A DNA stretch of 64,000 nt, taken from assembly GCA_964624155.1 (NCBI GenBank), contig CAZUWM010000002.1, forward strand, positions 5,159-69,158. Reading direction: 5' to 3'. Below are positions 31,516-41,438 of this stretch, one piece after another (position 1 is the stretch's first letter; each line of letters starts with the position of its first letter). The DNA comes from an uncultured Planctomycetales bacterium (GTDB lineage Bacteria > Omnitrophota > Gorgyraeia > Aquiviventales > Aquiviventaceae). The notes under the pieces were generated by a model. That model had not been told where the DNA came from, did no database searches, and saw only the letters and a list, made by a program, of their open reading frames with translations. The position numbers and the translations under genes are program-made.

Positions 31516-32592
31516 CTAGCGGTGCATCAGCCGCATGAGATCATCCGGATCGCTGGAACGACCCATCGCTTCATCCATGGTGATCACGCGGTTGACGTAG
31601 AGTTCGTACAGCGCCTGGTTCATCGTCTTCATGCCTTCCTTTTGACCGGTTTGGATCACGGAGTAGAGTTGATGGACTTTCGACTCACGGATCAAGGAGC
31701 GCACCGCATGGTTGGTGATGAGGACCTCGGTCGCCAGCGTTCGCCCCTTCCCACCGGCCTTGGGGATGAGCTGCTGGGAAATGATCCCCAAGAGCTCCAT
31801 CGAGAGCTGCACCCGGACCTGATTCTGTTGATGGGCGGGAAAGACATCGATGATCCGGTTGGCCGTCTGAACCGCATCGGAGGTGTGAACCGTCGCGAGA
31901 ACCAGGTGACCGGTCTCGGCCACCACCAGGGCGGTTTCGATGGTCTCCAGGTCGCGCATTTCTCCAATGAGGATGACATCGGGATCCTGTCGTAAGACAT
32001 GCTTGAGGGCTTGCGCAAAGGACTGGGTGTCGGGGCCGACCTCCCGCTGGTCGATGATGGACTTGTTCGACGTGTGGATATATTCGATGGGATCCTCCAC
32101 GGTGATGATATGACACCGCTGGGTCGTGTTGATGTGATCCACCATGGCGGCTAAGGTTGTCGTCTTTCCTGAACCGGTCGCGCCGGTGATCAGCACCAAT
32201 CCCTTTGGCTTTTCACATAGCGACGTCATCAGGGGGGCCGGCAAGCCCAGCTCCGCGAAATTCATGATCCGTAGCGGCAACATCCGAATGGCCAGTCCCG
32301 CATAGCCTTGCTGCACGAAGCAGTTGCCACGAAATCGGGCGAGGCCTTCAATCGAGAAGGAAAAATCGAGCTCCTTCGATCGTTCGAATCGTTCGATCTT
32401 CTCCGGGGAAAGGAGGCTGTAGGTCAGCTCCCTGACGTCTTCCCCGCTCAAGGCCCCGTGATCGGTGGCGATCAATAGGTCATCGGTGCGAAGATACGGT
32501 GGGAGGTTGGCCGTCAAGTGGAGGTCAGTCGCTCCCTGCTCCACCATCAATCGCAACAACTGCTCGATCGTGGGCTTCGTCACCGTCGCCAT
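31516..32592 (-). CDS. pilT: Twitching motility retraction ATPase PilT
   Basis: 358 aa; Walker A GATGSGKTTT, AIRNLIRE-like helix (AVRSLIRESK), no N-terminal T2SSE_N or Zn motif. Confidence 0.9.
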   Translation of the reverse strand: MATVTKPTIEQLLRLMVEQGATDLHLTANLPPYLRTDDLLIATDHGALSGEDVRELTYSLLSPEKIERFERSKELDFSFSIEGLARFRGNCFVQQGYAGLAIRMLPLRIMNFAELGLPAPLMTSLCEKPKGLVLITGATGSGKTTTLAAMVDHINTTQRCHIITVEDPIEYIHTSNKSIIDQREVGPDTQSFAQALKHVLRQDPDVILIGEMRDLETIETALVVAETGHLVLATVHTSDAVQTANRIIDVFPAHQQNQVRVQLSMELLGIISQQLIPKAGGKGRTLATEVLITNHAVRSLIRESKVHQLYSVIQTGQKEGMKTMNQALYELYVNRVITMDEAMGRSSDPDDLMRLMHR

Positions 32593-32662
32593 TCAGTTCC
32601 TCCTTAATAGGTTCAACCCTTGCGAAGCTGATAGTCCAGCGATGAACAAAAACCGTTTAAGT

Positions 32663-34105
32663 TTAAGATACCGATCCACCGATACCGACGGCACGCAGCG
32701 AGATCATGGCTTTTTCGATGAGATCCTCGCCGGTAATTCCGTCGAGTGGGTTCTCCGCGATCCCCACCTCCAACTGGAGGGGAGTCGTTCCGTTCGAGAA
32801 TTCTTCGAACGTCGTCACCATCCGTCGTCCCAGCTCCTCGGAGATCTCCAGCGCTTGCCGTTTATTGCGCTCCGGCAAGACGACGACGATCTCATTGCCG
32901 GCGAAGCGACCCACGCGATCAATCTCGGTCACCGATTCCTGGACAAACCGAGCCACCTTCTTGATGAGGCGCTCCGCCTCCGGCTCCCCGAACTGTCGAC
33001 GAAACGCTGTCAGGCCCTGCATCCGAAACATCAACAGCCCACATGGGCGCTGGTACATGACGGCCCGTTTGATTTCCTCATCGAGACGACGCTTGATGTA
33101 GCGCTCGTTGTAGACGCCGGTCAGCTCATCGCGAATGGCCAACGTCTTCGCCTTGCGCAGCAACACCTCATTCTCAATCGCAATAGAGGTCTGCTTCGAA
33201 AACACCGTGACCAAATCAACCCACTCGGGGGCCCAGGCGTACGACCCTCGACGGTTCCCCATGCCCAGCACGCCAACCCGGTGGGAACGCATCGTCACCG
33301 GTTGCAGGATCAGATTCGGCTTCCCCAGTTGCTCCCAAATGGCTCTCAGCTCCTGGGGCGGCTGATGCTCATGGTCGATGGCGATCGGTCCCATTTCCAC
33401 GGGAAGGTCGTGGAGGAGATTCACGTCGAGTTGGGAGGTGCGCTTCAAGGTGAAGGACAGGTCTTCCACGGGCTGTAGCGAGAGCAGGCTGAACCCCTGG
33501 TCGTCTTGGGTCGCCAGCTTCTCGACAATGAGCTCGAGGATGACGTCCAGCTCGGTCCCGCTGCCGAGCAGTTCCCCGATCTGCAACAAGCCTGAGAGCA
33601 TGACGACGCGCTTGTTGATTTCCAAATTAATCTCATTCGTCTTCTCGCCCATCTTGTTGAGCTCGGACATATTGCTGCGGATTTTGGCCGTCAACTGGTT
33701 GAGGGCCTGGCTGAGATCACCCAACTCATCGTCTTCGTCTGTCACGCGCAGCTCGCGGTCAAACGCCCCGTTGGCGGCGATCTCCTTCGCCTCCTGGCTA
33801 AGCCGAATCACAGGCGCAATGAGCTTGACCGTCAAGTAGACGCTCCCCAGAAACGCGATGAAGATCGTCAGCGTGATGAGCCCGAGAAGCCACCAGGTGA
33901 CCGCGGCGGGACTCTCGAGGATCGGGAACCAGCGTTCCAACTGGTAGAATTCCCGGACCGATGGCAGCCCAAACCATCCGGCCATCAAGATCAGCATGAT
34001 GATGGGGATGACGGACATCAGGGTGAATGACAGGGTCAGTTTCACCCTCATTCCCCTGGGCGCCAACCGTAACCCGCGAAAAAAATGCGAGGCGACTTCA
34101 CGCAT
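32663..34105 (-). CDS. Membrane HAMP-GAF-GGDEF protein with degenerate active site (RFAGNEI instead of RxGG[DE]EF)
   Basis: 2 TM + HAMP, GAF-like middle, GGDEF fold with A-site AGNEI and I-site RxxD replaced (TEID). Confidence 0.75.
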   Translation of the reverse strand: MREVASHFFRGLRLAPRGMRVKLTLSFTLMSVIPIIMLILMAGWFGLPSVREFYQLERWFPILESPAAVTWWLLGLITLTIFIAFLGSVYLTVKLIAPVIRLSQEAKEIAANGAFDRELRVTDEDDELGDLSQALNQLTAKIRSNMSELNKMGEKTNEINLEINKRVVMLSGLLQIGELLGSGTELDVILELIVEKLATQDDQGFSLLSLQPVEDLSFTLKRTSQLDVNLLHDLPVEMGPIAIDHEHQPPQELRAIWEQLGKPNLILQPVTMRSHRVGVLGMGNRRGSYAWAPEWVDLVTVFSKQTSIAIENEVLLRKAKTLAIRDELTGVYNERYIKRRLDEEIKRAVMYQRPCGLLMFRMQGLTAFRRQFGEPEAERLIKKVARFVQESVTEIDRVGRFAGNEIVVVLPERNKRQALEISEELGRRMVTTFEEFSNGTTPLQLEVGIAENPLDGITGEDLIEKAMISLRAVGIGGSVS

Positions 34106-34379
34106 GGTTTTTCCCTCCTCGAGTTTTGTGGATCATCGTCAGGATGCGTTGCTCGAATTGCTCCGTGGTCCTGATGCCTTCCCCGGTGAGCTGAACAGAC
34201 CGAAGGGCATTGACCATCGCGGCAAGGATCTGCGTGCGTGATAATTTCACACCGGAGGAAAACAGGGCGTCTTTCCCGAGCTTATCCAGGAAATCGACCT
34301 GGTCGCGGTTTAGGGAGGCCACCACGCGGTGAGCGCGTTGGTGGTCGTCAGGTGTGACTGATTTGTGAGAGTTCGCCAT
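34098..34379 (-). CDS. Small hypothetical protein, translationally coupled to the GGDEF gene
   Basis: ~93 aa from internal Met MANSHKSV; 8-nt overlap with downstream gene; no recognisable domain. Confidence 0.4.
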   Translation of the reverse strand: MANSHKSVTPDDHQRAHRVVASLNRDQVDFLDKLGKDALFSSGVKLSRTQILAAMVNALRSVQLTGEGIRTTEQFEQRILTMIHKTRGGKNHA

Positions 34380-34699
34380 CGTTTGGCAACCCAGCCGTCT
34401 TCTTCGCCGTTGCCTTATCGGCACGGCTTCGAAGTACCTGTGGCTTTGCCCCTCCTGCGCTCAAGCACTTTCGTGCTTGAGCTTCGAAGAGCCCTGCGTA
34501 GCTCAGCGCGCAAGCGCACGAGCGAAGCAGGGGTCCCCCGATTGCTCGGGGTTTGCCTTTCGACCCCGCCATTGCTTCATGAGGGCGGGGTGTGACAAAC
34601 GATCAATCGGTGGAACTATATCATATCGGCGACAAAAGCATCAAGGGCACTTTGTGAAAATTCGCCTCCTCACCTTGTGCACTTGTATACTTTGATCGT

Positions 34700-34790
34700 G
34701 TGTGATTGCACAGATTTCTTAAATCGATTACACCGATTATGTCTTTCAAAGATCATCTGTGTAATCATCTTATCAATCTGTGAAATCATC
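34700..34790. repeat. CACAGAT/ATCTGTG cluster (1 + 2 copies with GATT/AATC flanks)
   Basis: Upstream of rodA stop / 5' of the small ORF-GGDEF-pilT operon region. Confidence 0.75.
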
Positions 34791-34795
34791 GTTTA

Positions 34796-35863
34796 TTAGA
34801 AACGGATGCCGAAGCGATGCATGCTCTGTAACAGCCCGACGGCGACCCAGGCCATCACCATCGCCGATCCGCCGTAACTGACCAGCGGCAGCGGAATCCC
34901 CACCACCGGTGCCAATCCCATCACCATGCCCATGTTGATGACGGCTTGATACCCGATCCACGACAGGAGAGCCGCAGCCAGCAACCGGCCTTCTGATTCT
35001 GAATTCTGCACGGCAATCCGAACGCCCCGCCACATCAAACACCCGAAGAGCGCGACCACCATCACCGCACCCAGGAGCCCCCACTCTTCACCGATAACGG
35101 AATACAGGAAATCGGCATGACGCTCAGGCAAGAAATTCAATTGATTCTGAGTGCCCGCCATCCACCCGCGTCCCACCCATCGTCCGGATCCGATCGCGAT
35201 GGTCGACTGGATGATCGTGTAGCCGGCCCCCAAGGGATCGACGTGCGGGTTGAGAAAAACGAGGAGCCGCGCCCGCTGATACTCTTGCAGGACATGCCAG
35301 CCGAGAGGCAGCAAGCCGATTCCGACGACGAGGAGCCCCATGAGATGACGACGAGTCGTCCCGGCAACCCACACGGTTCCAAGCCACATGGCCCCCAGAA
35401 TCGTCGCCGTCCCGAGATCCGGCTGGATGAGAATCAGGACAGCAGGCAATGCCACAAGACCTCCCGAGACGAAGAGGCTGCGCAAGGGGATGCTCGAGCG
35501 TCGCGATCCGACGTACCTCGCCAGCAGGCAGGCGGTGGCGAGCTTCGCGACCTCCGAGGGCTGAAGGCTCAACCCTCCGATCGTCAGCCACCGTTCAGCG
35601 CCTAACTTCACCGTCCCAACCAACTCCACCCCCACCAACAACAAGATGGCCACCACATAGAACGGGACAGCCACGTGAATCCATCGAAAATATGGAACAC
35701 TCGCGACCCAGAAAGCCGCGCACCCCCCCACTCCAATCCAGATCGCTTGACGCCAGACGAGCGATGGATTCAGGGTCGCAGACGCGCTGCGCAAGGCCAC
35801 CAGACTGATCAGCGACAGCGCCGCTGCCACACCCCACAACACCCGATCTGATTTAGCATTCAT
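34796..35863 (-). CDS. rodA: Rod shape-determining protein RodA (SEDS family)
   Basis: 10 TM SEDS topology, conserved C-terminal GGSAMV-like region; follows mrdA. Confidence 0.85.
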   Translation of the reverse strand: MNAKSDRVLWGVAAALSLISLVALRSASATLNPSLVWRQAIWIGVGGCAAFWVASVPYFRWIHVAVPFYVVAILLLVGVELVGTVKLGAERWLTIGGLSLQPSEVAKLATACLLARYVGSRRSSIPLRSLFVSGGLVALPAVLILIQPDLGTATILGAMWLGTVWVAGTTRRHLMGLLVVGIGLLPLGWHVLQEYQRARLLVFLNPHVDPLGAGYTIIQSTIAIGSGRWVGRGWMAGTQNQLNFLPERHADFLYSVIGEEWGLLGAVMVVALFGCLMWRGVRIAVQNSESEGRLLAAALLSWIGYQAVINMGMVMGLAPVVGIPLPLVSYGGSAMVMAWVAVGLLQSMHRFGIRF

Positions 35864-35865
35864 AG

Positions 35866-35912
35866 TCTGATTTCACAGATTTTCAATCAGTGTAACGACT
35901 CACAGATCGCTT
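35866..35912. repeat. CACAGAT x2
   Basis: mrdA-rodA junction; second copy lies in mrdA C-terminal codons. Confidence 0.7.
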
Positions 35913-37569
35913 TGGCGATGGAGGCTGGAAGTCCCCCACCTGATCCTCCATACTCTGTGACGATCGCCATCGCCAGCCGAGGCGCGTCGGCCGGACAGAA
36001 TCCGACAAACCATCCATGCGTTCGTCCCGGCAGATGCGTCTGAGCTGTACCGGTCTTCCCGGCAATACGAACACGGTCGCTATGAGCCGCAACCCCCGTT
36101 CCTTGGGGTTCGTTGACCACCGCGATCATCCCAGCCCGCACAGTCTCGAGGGATTGACGCGACACACCAAACGGCCGACTGTCTGGCGGAGGAATAGGAT
36201 GCCCCCCAACGTCTGCGACGACCCACGGAGTCACGAGCCGCCCGCCGTTGGCGACGGCGCTCACCATGACCGCGACCTGCAGCGGGGTGACCAGAATCTG
36301 TCCCTGCCCGATCGCCAAGAGGGCGACCTCCCCCTCGGTGAGTCGTCGGCCGGAGGGCAGATGACCTGGCTGTTCATCCATCAACCATCCGGTCCGATGA
36401 CCGAATCCGACTCGAGCCAGTTCCGCACGAAGACGCGGCAACCCGACTCGACGTCCGACCTGCATGAAATAGACGTTACATGATTGCTGTAAGGCCCCGC
36501 GGAGCGAGACAGGCCCGTGACCGTCTCGCTTCCAACAATGAAACTCACGATCGCCGATCCGCAACACCCCTCGACATTCGAAGGTCGACTCAGGCTGGAT
36601 GACGCGATGCTCCAATGCCGCGATGGTCGTCACGAGTTTGGCGATCGACCCCGGCACATAGACTCCGTTGGTCGCCCGGTTCAACAAGGGAGAGTCCGGA
36701 TCAATCAGGAGGCCTTGGATCGTCTCCTGCTCTTGGATGGCGAAGGTGCCGGGGTCAAATCCAGGACGGCTGACCATGGCGAGCACTTCCCCGGTGGCAG
36801 GATTGAGCACCACACAGGCACCGGCTTGCGATCCAAAGGATCGTTCGATGAGCGCCTGCAACTGGGCATCGATCGTCACCGTCACGGATTCGCCGGGAAC
36901 CGGCGGACGAAACCCTAGGATGCGACGCTGACGCGCCCGATGGTCCACTTCAATCAGCTCTCCGCCCGCTCGGCCATGCAGCAATTGATCGAGGTGCCAC
37001 TCAAGGCCGGATCGACCGACGAGGTCGTGGGGACGCACCCCGTAGGTTTTGAGGATCGGAAACGCCGAAGCACTAGGCTGCCCGAGATACCCGATCAGGT
37101 GCGACGCAACATCCCCCAGGGGATAGTGGCGTCTGACGACCGGCTCGACCAACACCCCGGGAAGTGCCCCACGGACTTCCTCAATTCGAAGGGCCTCGGG
37201 TTTTGAGAGATCGGCCAGGACAGGAGCGGGTAGAAAGGGCAGGCTGCGTTCCCGCGCAAACGTCCGTGACAACTCGGCAACCGGCGTGTTGGTCAAGCGA
37301 CCGAGACGCGCCAAGACCACCGCGGGATCAGCAACTTCCTGAGGGACGATGGCCAATCGAAACGAGAGATGATTAGTCGCCAGTCGCCGTCCCGTCCGAT
37401 CCAGTAACAGGCCTCTGGGGGCCAGTTGCGGGACGACACGAATCCGATTACGCTCCGCTAAGTCTCGGTAGGTCGCTCCATGGACCACCTGTAAATCGAC
37501 AAGCCGAACCACTAAGAGACTCAACCCAACCCAAGCGAGTCGCCGAAGCCAGATGAGTCGGGAGGTCAT
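35887..37569 (-). CDS. mrdA: Penicillin-binding protein 2 (transpeptidase)
   Basis: Internal Met MTSRLIWLRRL (TM anchor), SxxK (SIAK), SxN, KTG(T) motifs; ATGA overlap with mreD. Confidence 0.85.
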   Translation of the reverse strand: MTSRLIWLRRLAWVGLSLLVVRLVDLQVVHGATYRDLAERNRIRVVPQLAPRGLLLDRTGRRLATNHLSFRLAIVPQEVADPAVVLARLGRLTNTPVAELSRTFARERSLPFLPAPVLADLSKPEALRIEEVRGALPGVLVEPVVRRHYPLGDVASHLIGYLGQPSASAFPILKTYGVRPHDLVGRSGLEWHLDQLLHGRAGGELIEVDHRARQRRILGFRPPVPGESVTVTIDAQLQALIERSFGSQAGACVVLNPATGEVLAMVSRPGFDPGTFAIQEQETIQGLLIDPDSPLLNRATNGVYVPGSIAKLVTTIAALEHRVIQPESTFECRGVLRIGDREFHCWKRDGHGPVSLRGALQQSCNVYFMQVGRRVGLPRLRAELARVGFGHRTGWLMDEQPGHLPSGRRLTEGEVALLAIGQGQILVTPLQVAVMVSAVANGGRLVTPWVVADVGGHPIPPPDSRPFGVSRQSLETVRAGMIAVVNEPQGTGVAAHSDRVRIAGKTGTAQTHLPGRTHGWFVGFCPADAPRLAMAIVTEYGGSGGGLPASIAKAICESLH

Positions 37570-37985
37570 GCAAGACGTCGATGCGTCAACAAGATCACCA
37601 GTAAGCTGCACCCACACGTGACGACCCACCGCATCACGGCGAAGATGAGCGGAGTTCCGAAGATCACGAGGAGCAGCGCCTCTGCAATGCCAATAGCGAT
37701 GAGCGGCAAGAAACCACGACTCGCCTCCAGGCGCGACATCAAGGTCTTGATTCCCCACCCGATGACAAGGTAGGCCCCGGCGGCCTGGAACGGATGGTGG
37801 GCCGTGAACACCATCACCAAGAGCGAGGCGATGATCACCGCACGCATCGAACCCGCCTGGCGAGATCGCACCAACGCCAGGACGAGACTCACCAAGGTCA
37901 GGTCAGGGACTAGCCACGGCGAGGAGAACCATCGGCCGATGGCGACGTGAAGCAATACCCCACTCGTCACAATCACCAGGTCCAT
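37566..37985 (-). CDS. mreD: Rod shape-determining protein MreD
   Basis: 139 aa polytopic membrane protein between mreC and mrdA. Confidence 0.7.
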   Translation of the reverse strand: MDLVIVTSGVLLHVAIGRWFSSPWLVPDLTLVSLVLALVRSRQAGSMRAVIIASLLVMVFTAHHPFQAAGAYLVIGWGIKTLMSRLEASRGFLPLIAIGIAEALLLVIFGTPLIFAVMRWVVTCGCSLLVILLTHRRLA

Positions 37986-37988
37986 GAT

Positions 37989-38930
37989 TCACTCTTTTAG
38001 TCCGCCATGCATTGTGGCGGAGACTGTGGACTTGCCATCATCCTGTTCTCTAAGCATCGCGGGGGGCAAACATAGCACGTCTTCGAGTTGGTGCAATTTC
38101 ACGGCGGGACGGATCCATGCCCTCGTCGAAGCCTGGCGCTCATCCCGCTCGATTCGGACGATGGTCCCGATGGGAAGCCCTTTTGGAAAGGGACCTCCAA
38201 TCCCTGCGGTCACGACCTGATCACCGACTTCGATCTCGGCATCCAGATCGAGGTAGACGAATTCGAGGAGCGCGCCACCGCGGCCAACCACCAATCCTGA
38301 TTCGCGAGACCGCGAAAGTAAGCCCGCGACTCGATGGCTTGGATCGGTCAGCAGCATCGCGGCACTCGTCGTCGGATGGACGTGCAGGATTCGGCCCACG
38401 AGACCGCGGACGTCGACCACGATCGAGTCGACCACCAATCCATCTCGACGACCTCGATTGAGGAGGATGACGTGCTCGGTGGGAAGGATCGTCCTCCCAA
38501 GCATCGCGGCGACGATACCGCTCCCCGGTCTCGCCTCTGTGAGGTGGGCAGCCTGGGTGAGCTGCCTGACCGTCTCACGAAGGTGAATCAACTCGAGTTG
38601 GCGAGCGGTGAGTTCGTGACGAAGCGACGCCTGCTCACGAGACAACGACGGCAGCGAGGGCAGCCACGCCACCGTCTGGGCGATGGATTGGACGAGGGTC
38701 AGTGGAGCGCGAACGAGGGCGTAGACGAGATGTCGGAAGGACTGAGAGCAGACCGTTGCACCGATGACGAGGAGGGCAACCCACAGCGGCGGACGACGCA
38801 GCACACTAATGAATCTGTGTAATCGTGTTTCAGAATCCGTGTAATCTGTGTTACCGTTCTTGGCCGTTACTGGAGATGGCGATCTTGGTGCGCAGATATC
38901 GAATATCTTCCAACCCTTTGCCAACCCCAA
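37989..38930 (-). CDS. mreC: Rod shape-determining protein MreC
   Basis: TM, coiled coil, two beta-barrel C-domains (GLVGRILHV..., [13 protein letters not shown]); N-terminus overlaps mreB end so true start is probably downstream. Confidence 0.75.
   Translation of the reverse strand: MGLAKGWKIFDICAPRSPSPVTAKNGNTDYTDSETRLHRFISVLRRPPLWVALLVIGATVCSQSFRHLVYALVRAPLTLVQSIAQTVAWLPSLPSLSREQASLRHELTARQLELIHLRETVRQLTQAAHLTEARPGSGIVAAMLGRTILPTEHVILLNRGRRDGLVVDSIVVDVRGLVGRILHVHPTTSAAMLLTDPSHRVAGLLSRSRESGLVVGRGGALLEFVYLDLDAEIEVGDQVVTAGIGGPFPKGLPIGTIVRIERDERQASTRAWIRPAVKLHQLEDVLCLPPAMLREQDDGKSTVSATMHGGLKE
38810..38850. repeat. ATCTGTG cluster (gaatctgtgtaatc ... gtgtaatctgtgtt)
   Basis: mreB-mreC junction. 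Confidence 0.7.
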
Positions 38931-39936
38931 GCGCCACCGCCGTCATGGCGTTTTCCGCCACATGCACCGGCAGATTCGTCTCTTCGGCTAACAGCTTGTC
39001 CAACCCTCGCAGCAAGGAACTGCCTCCGGCTAAGACGATCCCTCGATCGATCAAGTCCGCGGCCAGCTCAGGCGGGGTTTTCTCGAGGGTTGAGCGGGCG
39101 GCTTCCACGATGAGACGAATGGGTTCGGAGAGCGACTCGCGGATTTCCTCAGACGTCACGGTAATCGTTTTCGGCAGGCCGGTGATGAGATCCCGACCGC
39201 GGACCTCCATCGTGAGTTCTTCTTCCAACGGATACGCCGAGCCGATGCGGATCTTGATCTCTTCGGCGGTCCGCTCGCCAATCATCAAGTTGTACGCCTT
39301 GCGCAGGTGTTCTATGATGGCTTGATCCATCTCATCACCGGCTACCCGGATCGATCTGGACACCACCGTGCCATCCAACGAAATGACCGCCATCTCAGTC
39401 GTGCCGCCGCCGATATCGACGATCATATTGCCGCCCGGCTCATGGACCGGCAGCCCCACGCCAATCGCCGCAGCTTTCGGCTCTTCGACGAGATAGACCT
39501 CGCGCGCGCCGGCTCGCAGGGCCGAGTCGCGCACGGCCCGCTTCTCCACCTCCGTGATCCCGGAGGGGATCGCCACGATGACGAGGGGTTTGTTGATCTT
39601 GCGGGGCTGGGCTTTTTGAATGAAGTACCGCAGCATCGCCTCGGTCACCTCAAAATCCGCAATGACCCCATCCTTCATCGGACGGATGGCGGAGATGTTG
39701 CCCGGCGTACGGCCGATCATCCGCTTGGCCTCTTCCCCCACCGCGAGCACTTTCATCGATCCCCGCTGCACCGCCACGACGGAGGGCTCGCACAAGACAA
39801 TCCCCCGTCCTTTGACATAGACGAGGGAGGTCGCGGTGCCGAGATCGATGGCGAGATCGTTGGAAAACAGACCGACGAACGAGTTGATGCCTCGCTCCGC
39901 GAGCACTCGTCCTCGTTGAAAGAGATGTTTTAACAT
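38851..39936 (-). CDS. mreB: Rod shape-determining actin homolog MreB
   Basis: [20 protein letters not shown]..., actin/Hsp70 fold motifs; start at internal Met MLKHLF. Confidence 0.9.
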   Translation of the reverse strand: MLKHLFQRGRVLAERGINSFVGLFSNDLAIDLGTATSLVYVKGRGIVLCEPSVVAVQRGSMKVLAVGEEAKRMIGRTPGNISAIRPMKDGVIADFEVTEAMLRYFIQKAQPRKINKPLVIVAIPSGITEVEKRAVRDSALRAGAREVYLVEEPKAAAIGVGLPVHEPGGNMIVDIGGGTTEMAVISLDGTVVSRSIRVAGDEMDQAIIEHLRKAYNLMIGERTAEEIKIRIGSAYPLEEELTMEVRGRDLITGLPKTITVTSEEIRESLSEPIRLIVEAARSTLEKTPPELAADLIDRGIVLAGGSSLLRGLDKLLAEETNLPVHVAENAMTAVALGVGKGLEDIRYLRTKIAISSNGQER

Positions 39937-39980
39937 GAGGGGAGAGGTTACCCGCATCCTAGCAGGCGGCGACGAGGTTG

Positions 39981-41342
39981 TCAACCTCCTCGACGAACCG
40001 CAGCCAGCACCTCAAAGAACTCCCCGAAGGACTTCCGGACGCATTCGGCCCCACGAATGGTCGTCTGACCGGCAGCCACCAACCCGGCGACCGCCAGACT
40101 CATCGCGGTGCGGTGATCGTCGAAACTCTCAACGACATCTCCGGTCAACGGATGACCTGCCATCAGCAGATCGGGGTCTGACCAAAGCAACCTGGCGCCA
40201 AGCTGCTTGAGCCCACTCTTCATGGATTCCACCCGGTCTGTTTCCTTGACTCGAAGCTCTCCAACCCGTTTGAATCGCGTTTCCCCCTGAGCGGCACACG
40301 CGGCAACCATTACAATAGGAAGTTCATCAATCAGCCGGGGAACCTCTTCGGCTTCAATGGTGACACCATGGAGGCGTTCCCCGTATTGGACTCGGATCTC
40401 ACCTCGAGGCTCCCAGGTTTCGTCTTGTACCGTCCACTCAATCGAAGCACCCATTCGTCGCAGGACCTCTAACAGGTGAATGCGGGTGGGATTCAAACCC
40501 ACGTCATGAATCGTCAGGCTGGAACCCGGTAGCACGGCAGCCGCAACGATGAAGAACGCCGCACTGGAGAAATCACCCGGAACAGCAAGGCGGCCAGGCG
40601 TCACGAGTTCGCGGTGAGGAGGTGTTATCGTCACGCTTCCCTCGGCACGATGTACCGACACGCCCAGCAACTGCAGCAATCGTTCTGTATGATCTCGTGT
40701 GCGGCTCGGCTCGACCACGGTGGTCGGACCATCGGCATAGAGCCCCGCCAGCAAAATTGAGGATTTGACTTGGGCGCTTGCAATTGGCATGGTGTAGCTG
40801 ATGCGACAGAGAGAACCAGGACATTCGCTGATCGTCAGTGGGGGATAATCCTCAGGAGGAGATTCCTGGAACGAGGCCATAGGCGCTTCTGAGGAAATGC
40901 GTGCGCCCATCTGCGTGAGGGGTTCGGTGATGCGCCGCATGGGCCGTTGAGACAGCGAGGGGCCGGCTGTCAAGCGGCTTTCGAAGGGCTGCCCCGCGAG
41001 CAACCCCGCCGCCAAGCGGATCGTCGTACCGGACTCGCCGCAATCAAGATCTCTACGCGGCGCGCGCAGCCCGCGCAAGCCCACCCCATGGATGCGAAGA
41101 CCTCCCCCGGCCTCGCCAAGCGGGGACACGGGGGGCGGGGCAGGCAGACGCTCCATCTTGACGCCAAGCTGTTGCAGCACCCCGAGGGTCCGCTGGCAAT
41201 CATCTCCCGAAGGCCACGGCGTAATCTCGGTGGCCCCTGAGACCAGCGCGCAGCACAGTGCCGTCCGATGCCCGATCGCTTTATCCGCCGGCACCCTCAC
41301 CTCGCCCTTGATCGAAGAAGCGTGCTGAATGGTGATGTCCAT
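39981..41342 (-). CDS. aroA: 3-phosphoshikimate 1-carboxyvinyltransferase (EPSP synthase)
   Basis: 453 aa, EPSP synthase motifs (PGDKSISHR-like AIGHRTAL..., LRVKETDR). Confidence 0.85.
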   Translation of the reverse strand: MDITIQHASSIKGEVRVPADKAIGHRTALCCALVSGATEITPWPSGDDCQRTLGVLQQLGVKMERLPAPPPVSPLGEAGGGLRIHGVGLRGLRAPRRDLDCGESGTTIRLAAGLLAGQPFESRLTAGPSLSQRPMRRITEPLTQMGARISSEAPMASFQESPPEDYPPLTISECPGSLCRISYTMPIASAQVKSSILLAGLYADGPTTVVEPSRTRDHTERLLQLLGVSVHRAEGSVTITPPHRELVTPGRLAVPGDFSSAAFFIVAAAVLPGSSLTIHDVGLNPTRIHLLEVLRRMGASIEWTVQDETWEPRGEIRVQYGERLHGVTIEAEEVPRLIDELPIVMVAACAAQGETRFKRVGELRVKETDRVESMKSGLKQLGARLLWSDPDLLMAGHPLTGDVVESFDDHRTAMSLAVAGLVAAGQTTIRGAECVRKSFGEFFEVLAAVRRGG

Positions 41343-41438
41343 GTCTCGTGACGAGTCACAAAAAATCCCCCATTCCGGGGGATTTCTCAGGTCTTTTCAG
41401 TAACTGCCTACTACCCGCTGTCTACTACCTACTTCACT

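Noticed and set aside
34425-34690. Calling a c-di-GMP (GEMM) riboswitch outright
   Set aside because: Only short motif resemblances (GGCAAACC, GAAAG) are visible. I cannot fold or score it against the covariance model, so it is kept as a low-confidence lead rather than a feature.
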